The notes under the pieces are model-generated. The model had not been told where the DNA came from. It made no database searches and worked only from the letters and a program-made list of their open reading frames with translations. From the human T2T-CHM13v2.0 reference genome, Homo sapiens, in assembly GCF_009914755.1 (NCBI RefSeq), contig NC_060937.1: 64,000 bases of DNA; one strand, 5' to 3'. Numbering within the stretch: position 1 is the stretch's first letter; the number at the start of each line of letters is the position of its first letter. A program made the position numbers and the translations under genes. Of this stretch, positions 41,615-57,544 are shown piece after piece.

Positions 41615-41949
41615 GTGTTCAGTAGGAAACTACTATCTGTGTACCCAGTCAAGCTTGCCACTGGTGTCTATATGGCACGTGAGCCAAGATTTATTTTATT
41701 TAACATTCTTAAACCGTTGGAAAACTTTGCAAGATTTTGTGACATGTGATAATTATATGAAATTAAAATTCCTGTCTCCATAAATTTTTATTGAAACATA
41801 GCCATGACCATTGGTTTAAGCATTGTTTATAACTGATTTTGCACTGCAACAGAAGAGTTGAGTAGTTGAGACAGAGACAGACCATATGGTCCTTAAAGCT
41901 TGAATTATTTACCATCTAGCCCTTTACAAAACAAGTTTGCCAACCCCTG
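41615..41949 (+). mobile_element. MER58B-like hAT-Charlie element
   Basis: TTTTATTGAAACATAGCCA...AGAGTTGAGTAGTTG...CCCTTTACAAAACAAGTTTGCCAACCCCTG. Confidence 0.82.
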
Positions 41950-42204
41950 AGTTAAATAACTTAGTAATACTTTACCTCTCTACTGAAATATCGATGTGTT
42001 TATATAGATAGATACATTAATATCTAGATCTCAGTTCATTAATACATTACTTTGCTAAAAGCTTTTCCAAATTAAAATTTAAACATGGAGGCAGTTGCTG
42101 GTAAGAAATATAAAGATAGCCTGTCAAATCTCCTAAGTATCTTCATTAATAGACACATTACTGTCAGATAAATGCAGAATTTAAAATATGATTTGCATTA
42201 AACT

Positions 42205-42410
42205 AACAATAATAGAATTCCTATGTGCCAAATCCTTTGGCTACACTAAGTTCTCAAAGCAACCCACTGAAGTAGGTTTTTCTATTTCCATTTTATAGAC
42301 AAAGACGCAGGAAGTTTGAGTGACTTGCCCAAGATCAGAGCAAACCTGGTGGGTGGTTGAACCTTGATTATATTTCACTCTCTTGACTCTAAATACAGTG
42401 CTATTCCTTC
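42205..42410 (-). mobile_element. MIR SINE
   Basis: CCATTTTATAGAC...GAGTGACTTGCCCAAGATCA core. Confidence 0.7.
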
Positions 42411-43390
42411 TACCCTAGAGTTAACTCTAAGCCATGCATTATACTGAGTGTTGTTGGTTTTACAGCTCCTTAACACTGCTAAGCAATCAAGCAACACTGA
42501 GACTTAAATGTTATCAGCAATTTGGGTTGAAACAGTTTGAAATACCATCTAAATCCAGAATGAAGTGAATAAATCAAGATTATTTTATTGACCAGGCACT
42601 ATAAATGGGCATGTTCCCTACTTAATGATTTAGACTACATTTATTATAAGAACAATGTGTACACTTGATAAAAATCATAACTCCATCTAAGCTTTTTTAT
42701 GTTTACTTAGGGATATCAGTTACTTTCCATTTTCGTAAACCAAATTTTAGAATGAATTGGTGGAATGGGTGAGGGAATAGTGGGACAGATAAGAGGTTGT
42801 AAATTTAAACAAAATGAGGATCAAGGGTAGGGAAAACAGAATTGATTTTATCAAGAACTGCAGCTTTGATAACCACAGATAAAAGTGAGCTGTGAGCTTA
42901 GATAAAAATAGAGAACTCAGATAAAGAGGCTGGGTCGAGGTAAAGGATATAAGGTACACATACCAAGGACCACGAAGGTTTACCTTTGCAAAAGCAGGAT
43001 GAGAAGAGGGGCTGAGATGAGGCTATTTGAGAGATTAAATAATAGGATGAACACTTAGGGCTCCTCACTTTTAAGAAACATTAAATATGTTTGTTATTAT
43101 GTGTGTTCTAAGGATGACATAATCTATCAAAATTTTCCATTTTTGATTTTTCATGGTCCCATTTTTCTAATTTTTTCTATTTCATTCTATAACTAGGAGT
43201 TATAAGTTAAATCAAATGATTAGTGGAGTGAATTGGAGGGTTACTCATTCATTAATTCAAAAATATTTCTTGAGTGCTTTTTATTAGGTCAGATGCTTTG
43301 CTAGTCGGAGAATGCAGTAATACAGACCATCATGGTCACTTTCCTCATTAAGCTTACATTTTATTGCAGAGACAGATAGCAAACTCCTTA

Positions 43391-43723
<333 letters not shown>

Positions 43724-43837
43724 TTATGAAGGGGAAGTACAGAGTGCTTTGAGAGTATATAACAGGGAATTGATCTATTCAGAGACAGATGCTTGAGGGT
43801 ATAATTTTTAGGCTAAGAAATCAAAGATGAGTATGGG

Positions 43838-44168
43838 TGTCTGAGTTTGTTTGGGTTGTTATAACAAACTACCTTAGACTGAGCAACTTATAAACGACAA
43901 AAATTTATTTCTTACAATTCTGGAGGCTGGGAAGTCCAAGAGAAAGGCAGTGGTAGATTGATTGTCTAGTGAGGGCCCACTTTCTGGTTCATAGATGTCT
44001 TCTAGTTGGGTCCACCTTGGTGGAATGGGTGTGGGACCTCAATCCCATTCATAAAAGCTCTGCCCTTTTGACCTTGTTACCTCCCAAGGCCCCACCTAAT
44101 CCTTATCACATTGGGGATTAAGTTTCAACATACGCATTTTCGGGGATATAGACATTCAGACCATAGCA
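43838..44168 (-). mobile_element. MaLR solo LTR, MLT1A/MSTD-like
   Basis: AATTTATTTCTTACAATTCTGGAGGCTGGGAAGTCCAAG...ACATTCAGACCATAGCA. TSD ATGGG/AGGGG. Confidence 0.88.
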
Positions 44169-46105
44169 AGGGGTTTCTCCCTAAATGGGGCTAGGATGTA
44201 TCAGAAAAAGAAATATTTAACAAGCCCTAAGGCTGGGAGGAGAAGCGTGCACCTGTTCAAATAACTGAAGGGAATGAAAGAAGCTGGAATGTGGAGCAGC
44301 AAGTGGGAGATGCGAGAAACATAAAGCTGGAGAGCTGGACAGGAGTGAAACTATGCTCTTTGACAACATGTTCATAACTTAATGTTTCATCTTTCTGGCA
44401 ACTTCAATTAATTGATTTTAAACAGAAGCATTATTTTTAAAGGACTTTTAGTGCAACACTCCAGAGAGTGGAGTGAATTGGAGGAAGCCCTGAATGGATG
44501 TGAAAGACCAGTTAGAAAATAATTAATGTGGTCCAATGGAGGGTAAAATAAAGGAGCAATGGTCAAGCCAGGAAAAAGTAGATAGGTGTGAGGTATGTTT
44601 AGAAAATAAAATTGCTTGTATATAGTCCAAAATTGGGTATGAGAAGTGAAGGAGTTTAGGAATTATCCTACCTTCTATGACTGGATCCATGAATTCACTC
44701 TTGACTGAGAATCAACACTGGCTGAGGACTAGGGTTTTGCAGGTAATATTATGAGTAGCATCCTGCAATAGTGAGCTTGAAGTGTCTGTGGGATATCTAG
44801 GCCAAGACGTTGAGTGAGTCTTCAATTAGATATGAGTCTGATGCTGAGAGGAAGGTTCCAGCTGGAGGTAAAAAAAAAAAAAAAGAAGTAATAGCAGCGG
44901 AATGATAATATAAGTCATTGTAGTGAGCTACGCAGAACAGACTGGATGAGGAGAACCTATCTAGGTGCATGGCCTGAGGGGCTTTGATCATATCAAGAAA
45001 GATGAACCAATTTTGAATGCTGATGAGGGTTCATGCAAATGAACACAGAAAAAATACCTCTTAGGTTTAGTGACATGAGGGTTTTTGGAGAATTTGCCAG
45101 ACACATTTTTGTGGAAGGATGCAGATTGAAGACATATTTAAGCATAAATTACAGATGAAGACATGAAGAAAACAAATATAGACAGCTTTTTAAAGAAATG
45201 TAGCTGTGTGAGGAAAAGGAGTTTTGATAAGCAGTGACACTGAAGGAGGTAATTTTAGCTTTGGAACATTTTAAGATGGAAGATACTGGAAAAAGTATAT
45301 TTGAATACTGCTAAGAGGCTTTCAGTAGAGAAGTGGTTGGAGCTTCAATAAAATGGCATTGTATCCTAGTCTTCTCCAAAAATTTAGATTGACATTTGTT
45401 TTTACTGCCAACTTATTTATGATGACTCTTTCTCATCACAGAGTGTGTGGATTTAGATGATATATGGTCACCCGACAATGTTTGAAGAAAGAAGGGATAG
45501 TTTAAGGTGTAAGAAGGGATCTGGAAGATAGATTGGAAGAGGCATGTTAGCATGTTAGAATGAGGTCAGAACTCTACCTACTTGTGCAGATTTGATAGTG
45601 AGAATTGATGCTTCAATTTGCTGTATGAAATAGGATCAACAAGAGCTAAGACAAAGCAACGGAGATAGAATAGTCTTTTCAACAAATGGTGCTGGGACAA
45701 CTGGATATCCATACACAAAAGGATTAAGTTGAATCCCTACATCACACCATATACGAAAAATTAATCCAGAGTGTATCATAAACATAAAGTAGTATCTAAA
45801 CCTATTAAACTTTTAGAAAAAATGTAGGAATAAATCTTTGTAATTTAGGATTAGGCATAGCCTTATTAGATATGACATCAAAAGCACAAGTTCCAAAATG
45901 AAAAATAGATAAATTAGACTTAATTAAAATTCAAAAAGTTTGTGCTTCAAAGGATACCATCAAGAGTGAAAAAACAACTCACAATGTGGGAGAAAATATT
46001 TCTAAAACCTGTATCTGATAAGAAACTCATATGTAGGACATACAAAGAAATTATACAAATCAATAATAGAAAATAACCCATTTAAAATACAAATGTATTT
46101 ACATA

Positions 46106-46367
46106 CAGATGTAAATACAGATGTAAACTTGGGTTACTATAAGTCAAAAAGGCACTTTAACTTATATTTTCAACTTACGATGGTTTATTGGGACATAACC
46201 CATTTAAGTAAGCACACTCCACTGTATTTAACCCTATTTAAGTAAGTACACTTCGTGTAAGTCACGCCGTTGTAAGTCAAGGAGTGCACTGAATGCATAT
46301 CACTTTTGCACCATAGTAAAATAAAAAAAATCATAAGTCAAACTGTAATTAAGTTGGGGACCATCTG
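46106..46367 (-). mobile_element. Tigger3 (MER7C/D-like) short derivative
   Basis: Ends AAGTTGGGGACCATCTG, the reverse complement of the 16287 element's start. Internal TTTTCAACTTACGATGG. Confidence 0.78.
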
Positions 46368-46765
46368 CACAGGCAAAAGATCTGAATTTTTTCCAAAAAA
46401 TTTTTTCCAAAAAATCATACTCAGATGACCAATAAACACATGAAATATGTTCAACATCCTTAGCTGTCAGTAAAATGCAAATGAACACCCCGATGAGATA
46501 CCACTTCACATAGATTAAGGTGGGTATATTCAAAAAGATAATCAAGTGTGGGAGAGGATGTAGGGAAATTAGAACTTCCATACACTGCTGGTGGAAATAT
46601 AAAATGGTGTAGCTTTTCTGGAAAACAGTCTTGTAGTTCCTCAAAACATCAAAGTTATATCACCAGCAATTCCACTCCTAGGTATATATGCCTCAAAAAT
46701 TAAACCATATGTTCATACAAAAACTTGTGCACAAATGTTCATAGTAACATTATTCATAATTGCTA

Positions 46766-47107
<342 letters not shown>

Positions 47108-49540
47108 CTATCAGGCAATGAATGTCTAAACAAAATGTAATATAATCATACAATAGAATCTTATTCTACTATAAAAACAGGTAAAGTAGATACTTGCTAA
47201 ACATGGATGAATCTTGAAAACATTATGCTAAGTTAAAAAGACAGAAAAGGTCAAATATATGATTCTATTTATATACATTTTTAGAATTGGTGAATTTATA
47301 GAGAAAGAAAATAGATTGGTGATTTCCAAAAGCCAGGAATGGATGGCTGGGATGTGGGAAAGATAATGAGTGACTGCTAATGGGCATGGGATTTCTTTTT
47401 GGGGTGAAAAAAATATGCCAAAATTGGTGGTGGTGGTGCTTGCACAACTTTTTGAGTCCACTGGAAATCACTGAATACTTCAATTGTGAGAATTATATGG
47501 TATATGAATAATATTTTAACAAAGCTCTTATATTTTTTAAAAAGAGAACAGATTATTTGCTGATAGTGAGCACAGAGTTGGGAGATCACGTTATTGAGGT
47601 TTAATAAGATTTGGAAAAGGTAGTTTAGGGAAAAAGAGAGTGAGTTGATTTTAAAGAATCTCCATGGAGAACGGAGGGCTTGTTAATGGAGAGATGCAAT
47701 ATAGTGAAAGGACAAAGATAGAGATCCTGAGATCATTAACTTGATCAAATTCCTAATTGTATAAAATACTATTAGGTAAAATTACAATATATGTAAGGTT
47801 ATAATATATGCTCATAAATTTTTGTCTTAAAATATTATCTTTAGCTTGATGGCATAGTGTTAAAGTTTAGATAAGACTAACCCAGTGAATTTAGTCTGAG
47901 TCTCTCAGTAATTGTTTTGTGTGCAAGAAAATTAGACAGATCAAAATTAAGCTTTTAATTACTTTGCTTTCATGTTCAGCTTTTGTGTGATGAACAGGAA
48001 GAAAGGGGAGTTACCAGAAATATTTTGAGAAACAGGTAGAAAAATAGGTGTGGGAAAGCACTTTATCCACAGTACTTTTGCCCGAAGAAAGTATAAGATG
48101 ATTGCTAGGAAAATATCAACCCACCTTACCACCTCTTCACCACAGCCTGTCTGCAACCCTGGAGAGTAAACATTGCTTGTCTAATGTAAATAGGAGGTAA
48201 TCAACTTCTTCTCACGTGGCTTATAAGATGTGCAAGGGACGAGAAGACTGTGCAAACCAAATAAAATGAACTGTCAATTTCACTCAGGGAAGCATTTAAG
48301 ACTAGTTATGCATATAAGCTGCAGCAACTCATTTACTCATAAAAATCAATAAGACTGCCACCTGGGTCATCAAAGGGACCATCACCACTGTGGGAAGACA
48401 AATCTTAGCTCTCATGACAATGAGACAGAAGCTGCATTCTTCATTAGACCGCAGCAGCTACAGCCCAGCAGTATTATTTTTTTTTTCCAGCTGAGAAACT
48501 TTTCAGCATTGCTTATTCTGGTCATAGCAAGTGATTTTTTTCTTCCTTTCATAACGCATCACTCTCTCTTAAATGGTGCTTTCTTGCTGGAATACTTTGT
48601 AGAGTGGGAAAAGGTAAATGACCAGAATAAGAATTTCAGATTAATCGTGATCCTGTGGTCACACTGTAGGTGAAATGACCAGTGTTAAATATTATTACAT
48701 GTCATTTCTGAGCTACAGTTTCCTCAGTGAAGAGTGAATTGAATACTGTCAAACTCACGTTTGTCTTGACATTTCATATTATATACATAAACTCTCTGAC
48801 CAGAACTCAAAAAATGAGTCATTTGATTCTTAAAATATTTGACAATTATTGAAAATGGTTTCTAGACTAGCATACTGAAATTTCTCCCTAGCCCACCAGC
48901 ATGGTTTAACATTTATAAACCCTTCTTTACACCAATAACTCAAAGGGAAAGATTAATGTATTGAGTTTATTTAAGAAAAACTGAGGGATCCCACTCATTT
49001 TCTTTCTTCTTCATCTCTTATTCCTATATTTTTGGGTGGTCAGAGCATTCTTTCCTTCAGGAAAGTCATGGCTCCTTTAAAAGCATTTCGCACCTGAGGT
49101 CTTTGTCTGAATGGGATGGATGAATAGCCTGAAGCCCTACCTTTGACCTGCTGTCAAAACTCCAGCCATTGTATAGTTATTCTTTTTGACCTCTCCACCT
49201 AGTTCTTTTCAATCAGGGCACGATCTGTCTCCAATTTGTTTCCAAGCCTCAAATCTACATCCCTTATTAACATATTTCCTCCAATCCAGTCAGAGGCTTA
49301 GGGGTCAAATGTCTATTGGCTAAACTATTTTAAGTTTTTCTAGATATATATGGTATAAATAACACTTTATAAATCAATGTATTATTTTCTGCTGAAAATT
49401 TCATTGTTTAGCACAAAATTATTTTTGATTCATTCATTTCAAGCCAAAATATACTCAGTATCCAGCCTAAACATAGGTAAGATTATTTTAAGTATTCTTC
49501 TAAGAGAATTTCTTACAGAATATTATTTGGAAATTTTCTT

Positions 49541-50143
49541 TTTTTAATTTTTAATTTTAATTTTTGTGGATACATAGTAGGTGTATATATTTACATGGTA
49601 CATGCTTTGTACCATGTTTTGATACAGGCATTCAATGCATAATAATCACATCTTGCAAAATGAGGTATCCATCCCCTCAAGCATTTATCCTTTTATTATA
49701 CTCTTTTAGCTATTTTAAAATATACAATTAAATTATTATTGACTATAGTCACCCTGTTGTGCTATCAAATACTAGATCTTATTCTTTCAAACTGTATTTT
49801 TTGTATCCATTAAACATCCCTGCCTCCCTCTCACCCCCTTACTACCCTTCCCAGCCTCTGGTAACCATCCTTCTATTTTCCATCTCCATGAATTCAATTA
49901 TTTTGATTTTTAGATCCCACAAATAAGTGAGAACATGAGATGTTTGTCTTTCTGTGCCTGGCTTGTTTCACTTAGCTAATGACCTCCAGGTCTATCCATG
50001 TTGTTGGAAATGACAGGATTTCATTCCTTTTATGGCTGAATAGCACTCCATTGTATATATGCACCACATTTTCTTTTTCTATTCATCTGTTGATGGACAC
50101 CTAAGTTGTTTCCAAATTTTGGCTACTGTGAATAGTGCTGCAA
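49541..50143 (-). mobile_element. L1MA2-like 3' end
   Basis: Poly(T), then GGATACATAGTAGGTGTATATATTT...ATCCATCCCCTCAAGCATTTATCC...AAATAAGTGAGAACATG. Confidence 0.9.
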
Positions 50144-50544
50144 AACTAGTTTTTTATTTCCTGATTGCTAAAGAATGCTAACTAGCCACAAATGGAATGA
50201 TACCAGTTTAGTGAAAAGTCCCAAACCACTAAGGTATAAACGAGACATGGCTTGATAGTTTTCCCCAATCATTCCTTTCATTTGTACAATCAAATTTCTT
50301 TTTAACCCTGTGAAGTACATGCTTTAATGACATCTTTGCCAAGTTCCATAACTTGCCTCTTCTAGTTTAGAGCGCAATCCCTTTTCTAAATGTAAGAGAC
50401 AGTACTTTGGTATTAGAGAATTCACAACACACAATTCAAAATGTACCTCTTGCTCCTCCCAAGCTGTGGTGCTGACTGGAGTGGAGAAAAGGGAACATGG
50501 ACTGTGACTCTATGTCACAAATCAGACGGGAGAAAGGGAGACAC

Positions 50545-51105
<561 letters not shown>

Positions 51106-51685
51106 GTCTCTCTTTGGTCCAGCTTGGAATACATACCTCAGCATTCTCTCAGTATTTGACTTCCTGGAGGTCAACACTTCCCACCACTCTACTAACCCGG
51201 AACTCCTGGCATCATCACTGGAACTGTAAAACTAAGTGAGGAGATGTTTTTGTCTCTCCAAGGCTGTGGAGAATATGGGACACAGACTAGAGATGGCTTA
51301 ATATTATTCCCAAACAAATCTTGCCACCATTTTTTTTCAAGCCCTGCTTCCATTCCAAATACACCATTCCAAATACTCCTGCCTTCAGAAGTCTCTGAAA
51401 CTGAAGAGAACTTTAGCTTGTTTAAAAGACCCCTGTAAACCTCAGGAGATGCATGTAAAATGTCTCCCTCTTTGCTCCTTAATGGCAGACGTACTCTAAA
51501 TAAGTACAATACACTTTAGGCAGATGTTTTCCGAATAGTCTTCCAAGATCTTTCTGTACCAGGGTGAACCTGAGGGTTCTGTGGCTCAGCAGGCTTCCAG
51601 CCCAAAACAAGAGGTCAATTTCCTACAGTGACCTGCACCCTCAAATTTTATGAGATCTTTCTGTAAGCACCACCCATCACCATCT

Positions 51686-51712
51686 CACACACACACACAC
51701 ACACACACACAC
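51686..51712. repeat. (CA)n microsatellite
   Basis: About 13 CA units. Confidence 0.92.
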
Positions 51713-52103
51713 AACTTCTTGGAAAGAAAAGTATTCCCCCATTGTAGTCATGACGAGAGGTGAGATTAGCCTGTCATGCTGTCTTAGTTCTCCCCACTGT
51801 TCAACTGTCTTCTTCCCATATTAGGCAAAGGTGGATTCCACACAAGGCTGGTTCTCACTAGTCTTTCAGTGAACCCTCCAGAAAAGTGACAACCTCAGTG
51901 GCTGGAGGCACTAATTCTAGAGGAAAAAAAAAGTTGCCATTTTTCTTTATAATTTCTAAGACCAAAAGATATATTTTATACAAGCTATTTGATTACTTTA
52001 AAAAAATTTGCCACATGGCAACAATATGAGTCACACCATCAAAGCTAGTTAGCTGGGCTGGGTCACCTACTTCTATTTTGAGAATTCTGTATTTTGCATT
52101 AAT

Positions 52104-52459
52104 TAGCCTTATCGTTCCTTCAGGCTGTTTTAACAAAATGTTGCAGACTAGACAGCTTATAAACAACAGCAATTTATTTCTCGCAGTTCTGAAGGTGGAG
52201 AAGCCCAAGATCAAGGTGCCAGTACATTGAGTGTAGAGTGAGGTCCCGCTTCCTGGTTCATAGATGACTATCTTCTGTGTAGTAGAAAGAGGACTAAGGG
52301 CTCTCTAAGGTTTCCTCTATAAGTACACTAATCTATTTATAAGGGGTGTGCTTCATGATCTAATCATCTCCCAAAGGCCCTACCTCCAAATGCCATCACG
52401 CTGAAGATTAGGTTTCAACACATGAATTTGTTGGGGGCATAAACATTCAGTCCATTGCA
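52104..52459 (-). mobile_element. MaLR solo LTR, MLT1A-like
   Basis: GCTTATAAACAACAGCAATTTATTTCTCGCAGTTCTG...CCAAGATCAAGGTGCCAG...AACATTCAGTCCATTGCA. Confidence 0.88.
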
Positions 52460-53986
52460 ACACTTACGAAAACATATAATTCAGAATAAGAAAATATTTT
52501 TAAAATTTCTTGAGTAGTAGGTATGCACAGCAAACAGTTTTTGAGTGTTTTAACTGTTTCTCCTAATTTATTTAATTTCTTATTTTTCCATCAGATAACA
52601 TTATTTGCTTATTTTGCTAATAGTGAAATGGGAAAAATAACCATTCCACAACTGTGTAGTGTATTAATTTGTTAATCTCATTAAGCAATTGGAAGAATGA
52701 AATCACTAACTGTTATTGTTGTTTGGAGAGTGAAGATGTCTCCACCAAAGCATAGAAAAGGATCTGTAGATGTACAGTAAATTCAACCTGATGCTGCTAT
52801 TAGTTTAAATGCCTTAGCTAAATGGTACCAGCTGAGATCATTAACTTTGCTTTCATAGCAATTTTCTTAATGTTACTTAGCAACTTCACTTTGAAAATAC
52901 CCATTTCACATCCCTGTAGCCTAAGGAGCATCATTAGTAGTGAAATTACATGTTTGATTGCATAGCCAGAGAAGAGTTAATGTTATGACCTGAGGATCTA
53001 TCACTGGCTGCTAGAAGATTGCTCAGACAGCATGCTTTTAATGCATACTACGCAGACTCAGTATCAGAGCCGCGTTAAACAGATAAAAATTTATCCACCA
53101 TTAATTCAGAATATTAAAGGGAGCATTTCCATGTGTAGTATGTTGTAAAATATCAAATTAATATTTCTGCATTATTGTGTAATGAGTAAAAAAAATCAAG
53201 TTTTGTGTAAGATGAAGAGTATTTGAAACCTGAGAAATTAAAATGTACCAAATGCCCTTTCCCCTTGAGAAATGTATGAATGTTTCCTAATATAACCTAG
53301 AAATGATCATGCCTTTAACAAATTAAAATTTCTTCCATGATATGAAAATTCCTCTAGGGTTATTGCTTCTCCAGAAATGAATGCAATATAAGAACTACAG
53401 AAACTCAAAAGTAATCAAAACATTACAATAAAACCAATTATTTATTCTTCTTTCCAATTTTCTGTATTTTAAAATTGTTTTAATTAACATGGGTAGTATT
53501 TTAAGAGATAAGTGATTTTATTACCTTTGAGCAAAGATATTTAATTTAATCCAATTAATATTTATTAAATAGCTATGTACAAATAAGCATTCAATATGAC
53601 AGACAATATTTATTTTTTAACTCATTAAAAAAGAATTTTAAGTATTCTCCTCTTTATTCTAGAAACAAAATGCCTTTATCTTTTTGGGTACACAGACATT
53701 TTTTGTTCAATTTGTCTTTTCAAAGACAAGGTTCATCATATTATTAAGAGAAGAAAGCACACAGATATACTTCATTATTATTAAAAAGTTACATCTGTTC
53801 TTCCATAGCTTTATGACTTGATCTCTGTATTTTTTTTTTTAATTCGTGGGTCTCTCTTCCACTAGTCTCACCTTTTTTGATTACTTTTATTTAGAAATGG
53901 ATATTCCTCAAGACTTGCTTCCTCTTTCTTTGCTTACATACTTTGATTGCTTCACTGTCATTTCTATAGTTGACACAAATCAATAT

Positions 53987-54110
53987 TCATCTATTCATTC
54001 ATTCATTCATTCATTCATTCATTCATTGAACATGTACTGAGTCCTACTATATTCCAGACACGTGAACTAGGTGGTGGGGATTCAAAGATGAATAAGATAT
54101 AGCTCCTGCT
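53987..54110 (-). mobile_element. L2 3' end with (TTCA)n tail
   Basis: (ATTC)n followed by TACTGAGTCCTACTATATTCCAGACAC...GGGGATTCAAAGATGAATAAGA. Confidence 0.8.
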
Positions 54111-54559
54111 TCAAAGGGCAAGTAGATGTTGAGTATTTCTGTCTTGATAGGCTGACATCTTCTCATGCTTAACACACCTAAAATGAAGCCTTTTGTTACA
54201 CCAAAGTGCATCTCCAACCAGCATTTTCTATTTTTGTTTGTTGTTATTTCATGTTTCTAGTTTCTCACATTTAATTTACTGACTCTGCCCTTCCCGTGAT
54301 GCCCATCAATCAATCTCCATTGATGCCTTTTTTCAATTCTCTGTTCCTTTGTATCAGGACAACTCAGTCTGTAAAAGACCTTTATTTATAAAAGACATAT
54401 TTTAAAATTTGTATTTTGGTAAATTGTGATAGGAAAAATATGTAAGTTAAATACAAATGTAAATATGTAAGTTAAATATAAATAGTTTCTAGATGTAGTA
54501 AAAGTTTACCATCTCCCACCTCTACCCTCTCCCACCTCTACCCTCTCTAAAAATTATGG

Positions 54560-54780
54560 CTAATGTTTCTAACATTTATTGATTGGTTTCTACATGCCAA
54601 GTACTAAGGACTTTTTATTCCTTATCTGAAAAAAAATTACCACGACAGTCCTATGGCAAAGATTCTATTTTTATCACCCCTTTAGAGCTAAGGAAACAAG
54701 TGACTTAATAAAATCAAACAACTAAGGAGTGGCTGTCCAGTTTTAAATGCAGAGTCAGATTCCAGAGCCTATGTCCTTCC
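54560..54780 (-). mobile_element. MIR SINE, degenerate
   Basis: TAACATTTATTGA...TACATGCCAAGTAC...TATCACCCCTTTAGAGCTAAGGAAAC...AGATTCCAGAGCC. Confidence 0.6.
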
Positions 54781-57544
54781 TTCACTCTTCTCCTGTTCAA
54801 CCTTTGTAAGAGCAGATTATCTTTGGGCTTCCTTCTTTTGGTTATACCCATAATCCTAAGCAATATGCCTTTATTATTTTTTAATCAACTTTAGACAGTG
54901 CCTCTTGGCTCCTCACTAGGAAAGATAATTGTTCATTTCATTTCCCTGACACCCATGTTCACTGCTTCTCCCTTCAAAATATATGTATATATTTTAGCTA
55001 TTTTGTAGTTTATATGTTATCTTCATTTTAAGTTGTTTTACTCAAACACTAGCATGTTAGGCAAACTATTCTATGCCTTGCTTTTTTCATCTAAAAATAT
55101 TTCTAATATCATATTTACACATTTATAGTTGGTGTTGTTAATAGCTCTCTAACATTAGATCAACATACATTTAATCATTCCCCTGTTGATAGGTATTTAG
55201 GCTTATTCTACTTTTCTGTTAAAACAATACAACACCGAACACTGAAGGCCTCTGAGATCCCAGATTTAGAAATGCTTTACTTTGACATACCAAGGTTCAC
55301 AATGGAAGCTTCAGTTTTCCCCAGAATTTGTTCATTTTATTTAGAGAATACCCCTCTTCTCCTTCCCTAAGACCCATGATTATATATCTGGCCATCAGTC
55401 CTATGTGTATAGGTGGGACAGAGCACTGAAAGTCACTCTATATTATACCCATGGTGAATACCCCTGTTGAGTCTTGATTCTCATTCTTACCCTTTCTACA
55501 GCCAACTCTGAGCCTGCTCTTTGCAGATCCTACAAAAAAGATTGGCCACCTCTTCTATGACAGTGACCTCCTCTGCTGTACTGCTTTTCTCAGAAATTTC
55601 AATCAGCTTTCCATATTTTAAAAAATATTTCTCAAATAGTCCTGATCTTTCTTTCAGTCTCTTTATAAGTTCCATATACCCTTAGATGGGAGACTAGCTA
55701 AAATGTCAAGGATAAGACTTATGATGCAAAATTATATTTATTTTAAAACAAAATGCATAATCAAAGTGTTCATTGGAAGAAAAAGAGCAATGAGAATCTT
55801 TCCCTGTTTTTAGAGTTCTTCTGGCTTATTTTATGTATTTGCTTATGTGTTTAGCTTCACTCAGTATAGCTCTTATGCTTTGATTACATATAATTTTATA
55901 TACAAATCAAAAATAAAATGAAAATTAAAAATTAAGAAACTATGGATGGAGGACAGAGGGCAAAAAGTGTTAAAAATTAGAACATGGATCCATAGAGAGC
56001 ACAGGTTATAAACATGTAAAAGTGCAATAGATTTATCTACTTAACTGTAGAGAATTAAACTATAGGAGACCTGTGAAAACAAGAAGAAAAAGAGAGAACT
56101 AGTTAAATCATTCAGGAAATTGAGCCATCAGTTTCTATAATGAGCTTGTGATGAGAGACGAATCTGTTCTTCTGACCATTACATAGGCTCACTCATTTCC
56201 TGGCTGCCTATTTTAGTTAAGAACATCTTTCTGTAAATAGTGTGAAAGTGAAGTCTGAATATTTATTGAAAAAAAACATTTCACCTAGTGCTTACCCAAG
56301 GAATAGCAATCATTTTCAAGATTGGAGAAGACACTGGTTGTGTTTGATTTATCAGAATATAGCAGGTCGATTTCTAAGTTGGAAGCTAAGAAGGAGATTT
56401 TCAGGGATGAATCTGACTCTGTGTTATTGTGGTTTTATGCTGTTTTTAAAACCTAACTCCTCTACAAGTTTGGTCTCCATTGTTTTGCAGTTGACTGGTA
56501 AATAACATACGAGATAACTGGCTCTCCCAGAAAATGATAACTGATACGATTCTTATTTTCCAATAGAAGAAATGCACAAATTCCTCAGGAGGAGCAAAAT
56601 ATTTATTGGAACTTAGCTCGGATATAAAATCTTAAATGGCTCTGCAGTGAGGGAATGGTGAGAGAGTGAACAAGATGATTGACAGCAGTTTGAATAAAAA
56701 CATGCCACGTTACTCTATTGCTTCTGATAGTAATTGTAGAAAAATGTCTAATAACGGGATTAAACTTCTTGTATTTTTAGGGCTGGTAAAGGCTCAGGAA
56801 GTATTCATTAAAGAAACTGTTGCTGGGTGACATTAAGAATATTTATTTTTCCGATGATTCCATTGAGTCAAGTGATCTTGTGAGATACACTTTGAAGTTG
56901 ATTAACCTGGATGTGCAAGCCTAGCCCAATAACGTTTGAAGTATTTGTAAAATAAATCCAAAGATCTCAATTAGTGATAGGAATTCACTTTGATCTAGCT
57001 CCTTAGTTGCTAACAAATGCTTCTTATGGCAAATTAAGTAAGGAAGAAGTGTTTGCCAAAAAGTAACTAAAATATATTTGTATTGTTTTAGCAAAACATA
57101 GATGGAAAAATTTAAGTGATCTTTCAAGACAAAATAATAATGTGGAATAATTGAGTAGTTTTCAGACAGCCTGTATCATTTTTTGTTTTCCACTTGCATG
57201 TTTTATTGATTTTTGTCAGCAAAATGTTTTATTGAGTATTAATCAACAAAAAAGAGAAAGAGTCCTATTACTACCGTGGTCAACAGATATAAATACATAA
57301 AAATGATTCCAAATATCTTCTCTTTATTTCTTCATTCCTGGCCCCCAACCTATGGCGGACACATGGTCTCTATCAGAATGGATGTGGCTCTGCTGATGTC
57401 ATCGTAAGACTCTCCTGTCTTGGATGATATCCTGGTTGAGTTGAGCCACATCTTCATTTGGTTGTTTCGCTTTGACAAAGAAAATCATTCAAATTGAATT
57501 ATCTCTGAAAGCATCATGTGAACAAAGAGGTAGTACCCTGTGTT

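Noticed and set aside
48477-48621. Possible plus-strand exon (T-rich CCAG acceptor, AG/GTAAAT donor)
   Set aside because: Such sites are common by chance in AT-rich DNA, and there is no coding support.
51192-51509. 105-aa ORF in non-repeat DNA
   Set aside because: It has no recognisable domain or splice context, and its length is within random expectation.
54437-54548. Short tandem duplications (AAATATGTAAGTTAAATA; CTCCCACCTCTACCCT)
   Set aside because: These are ordinary slippage microduplications, as at 7375-7397 and 36811-36858.
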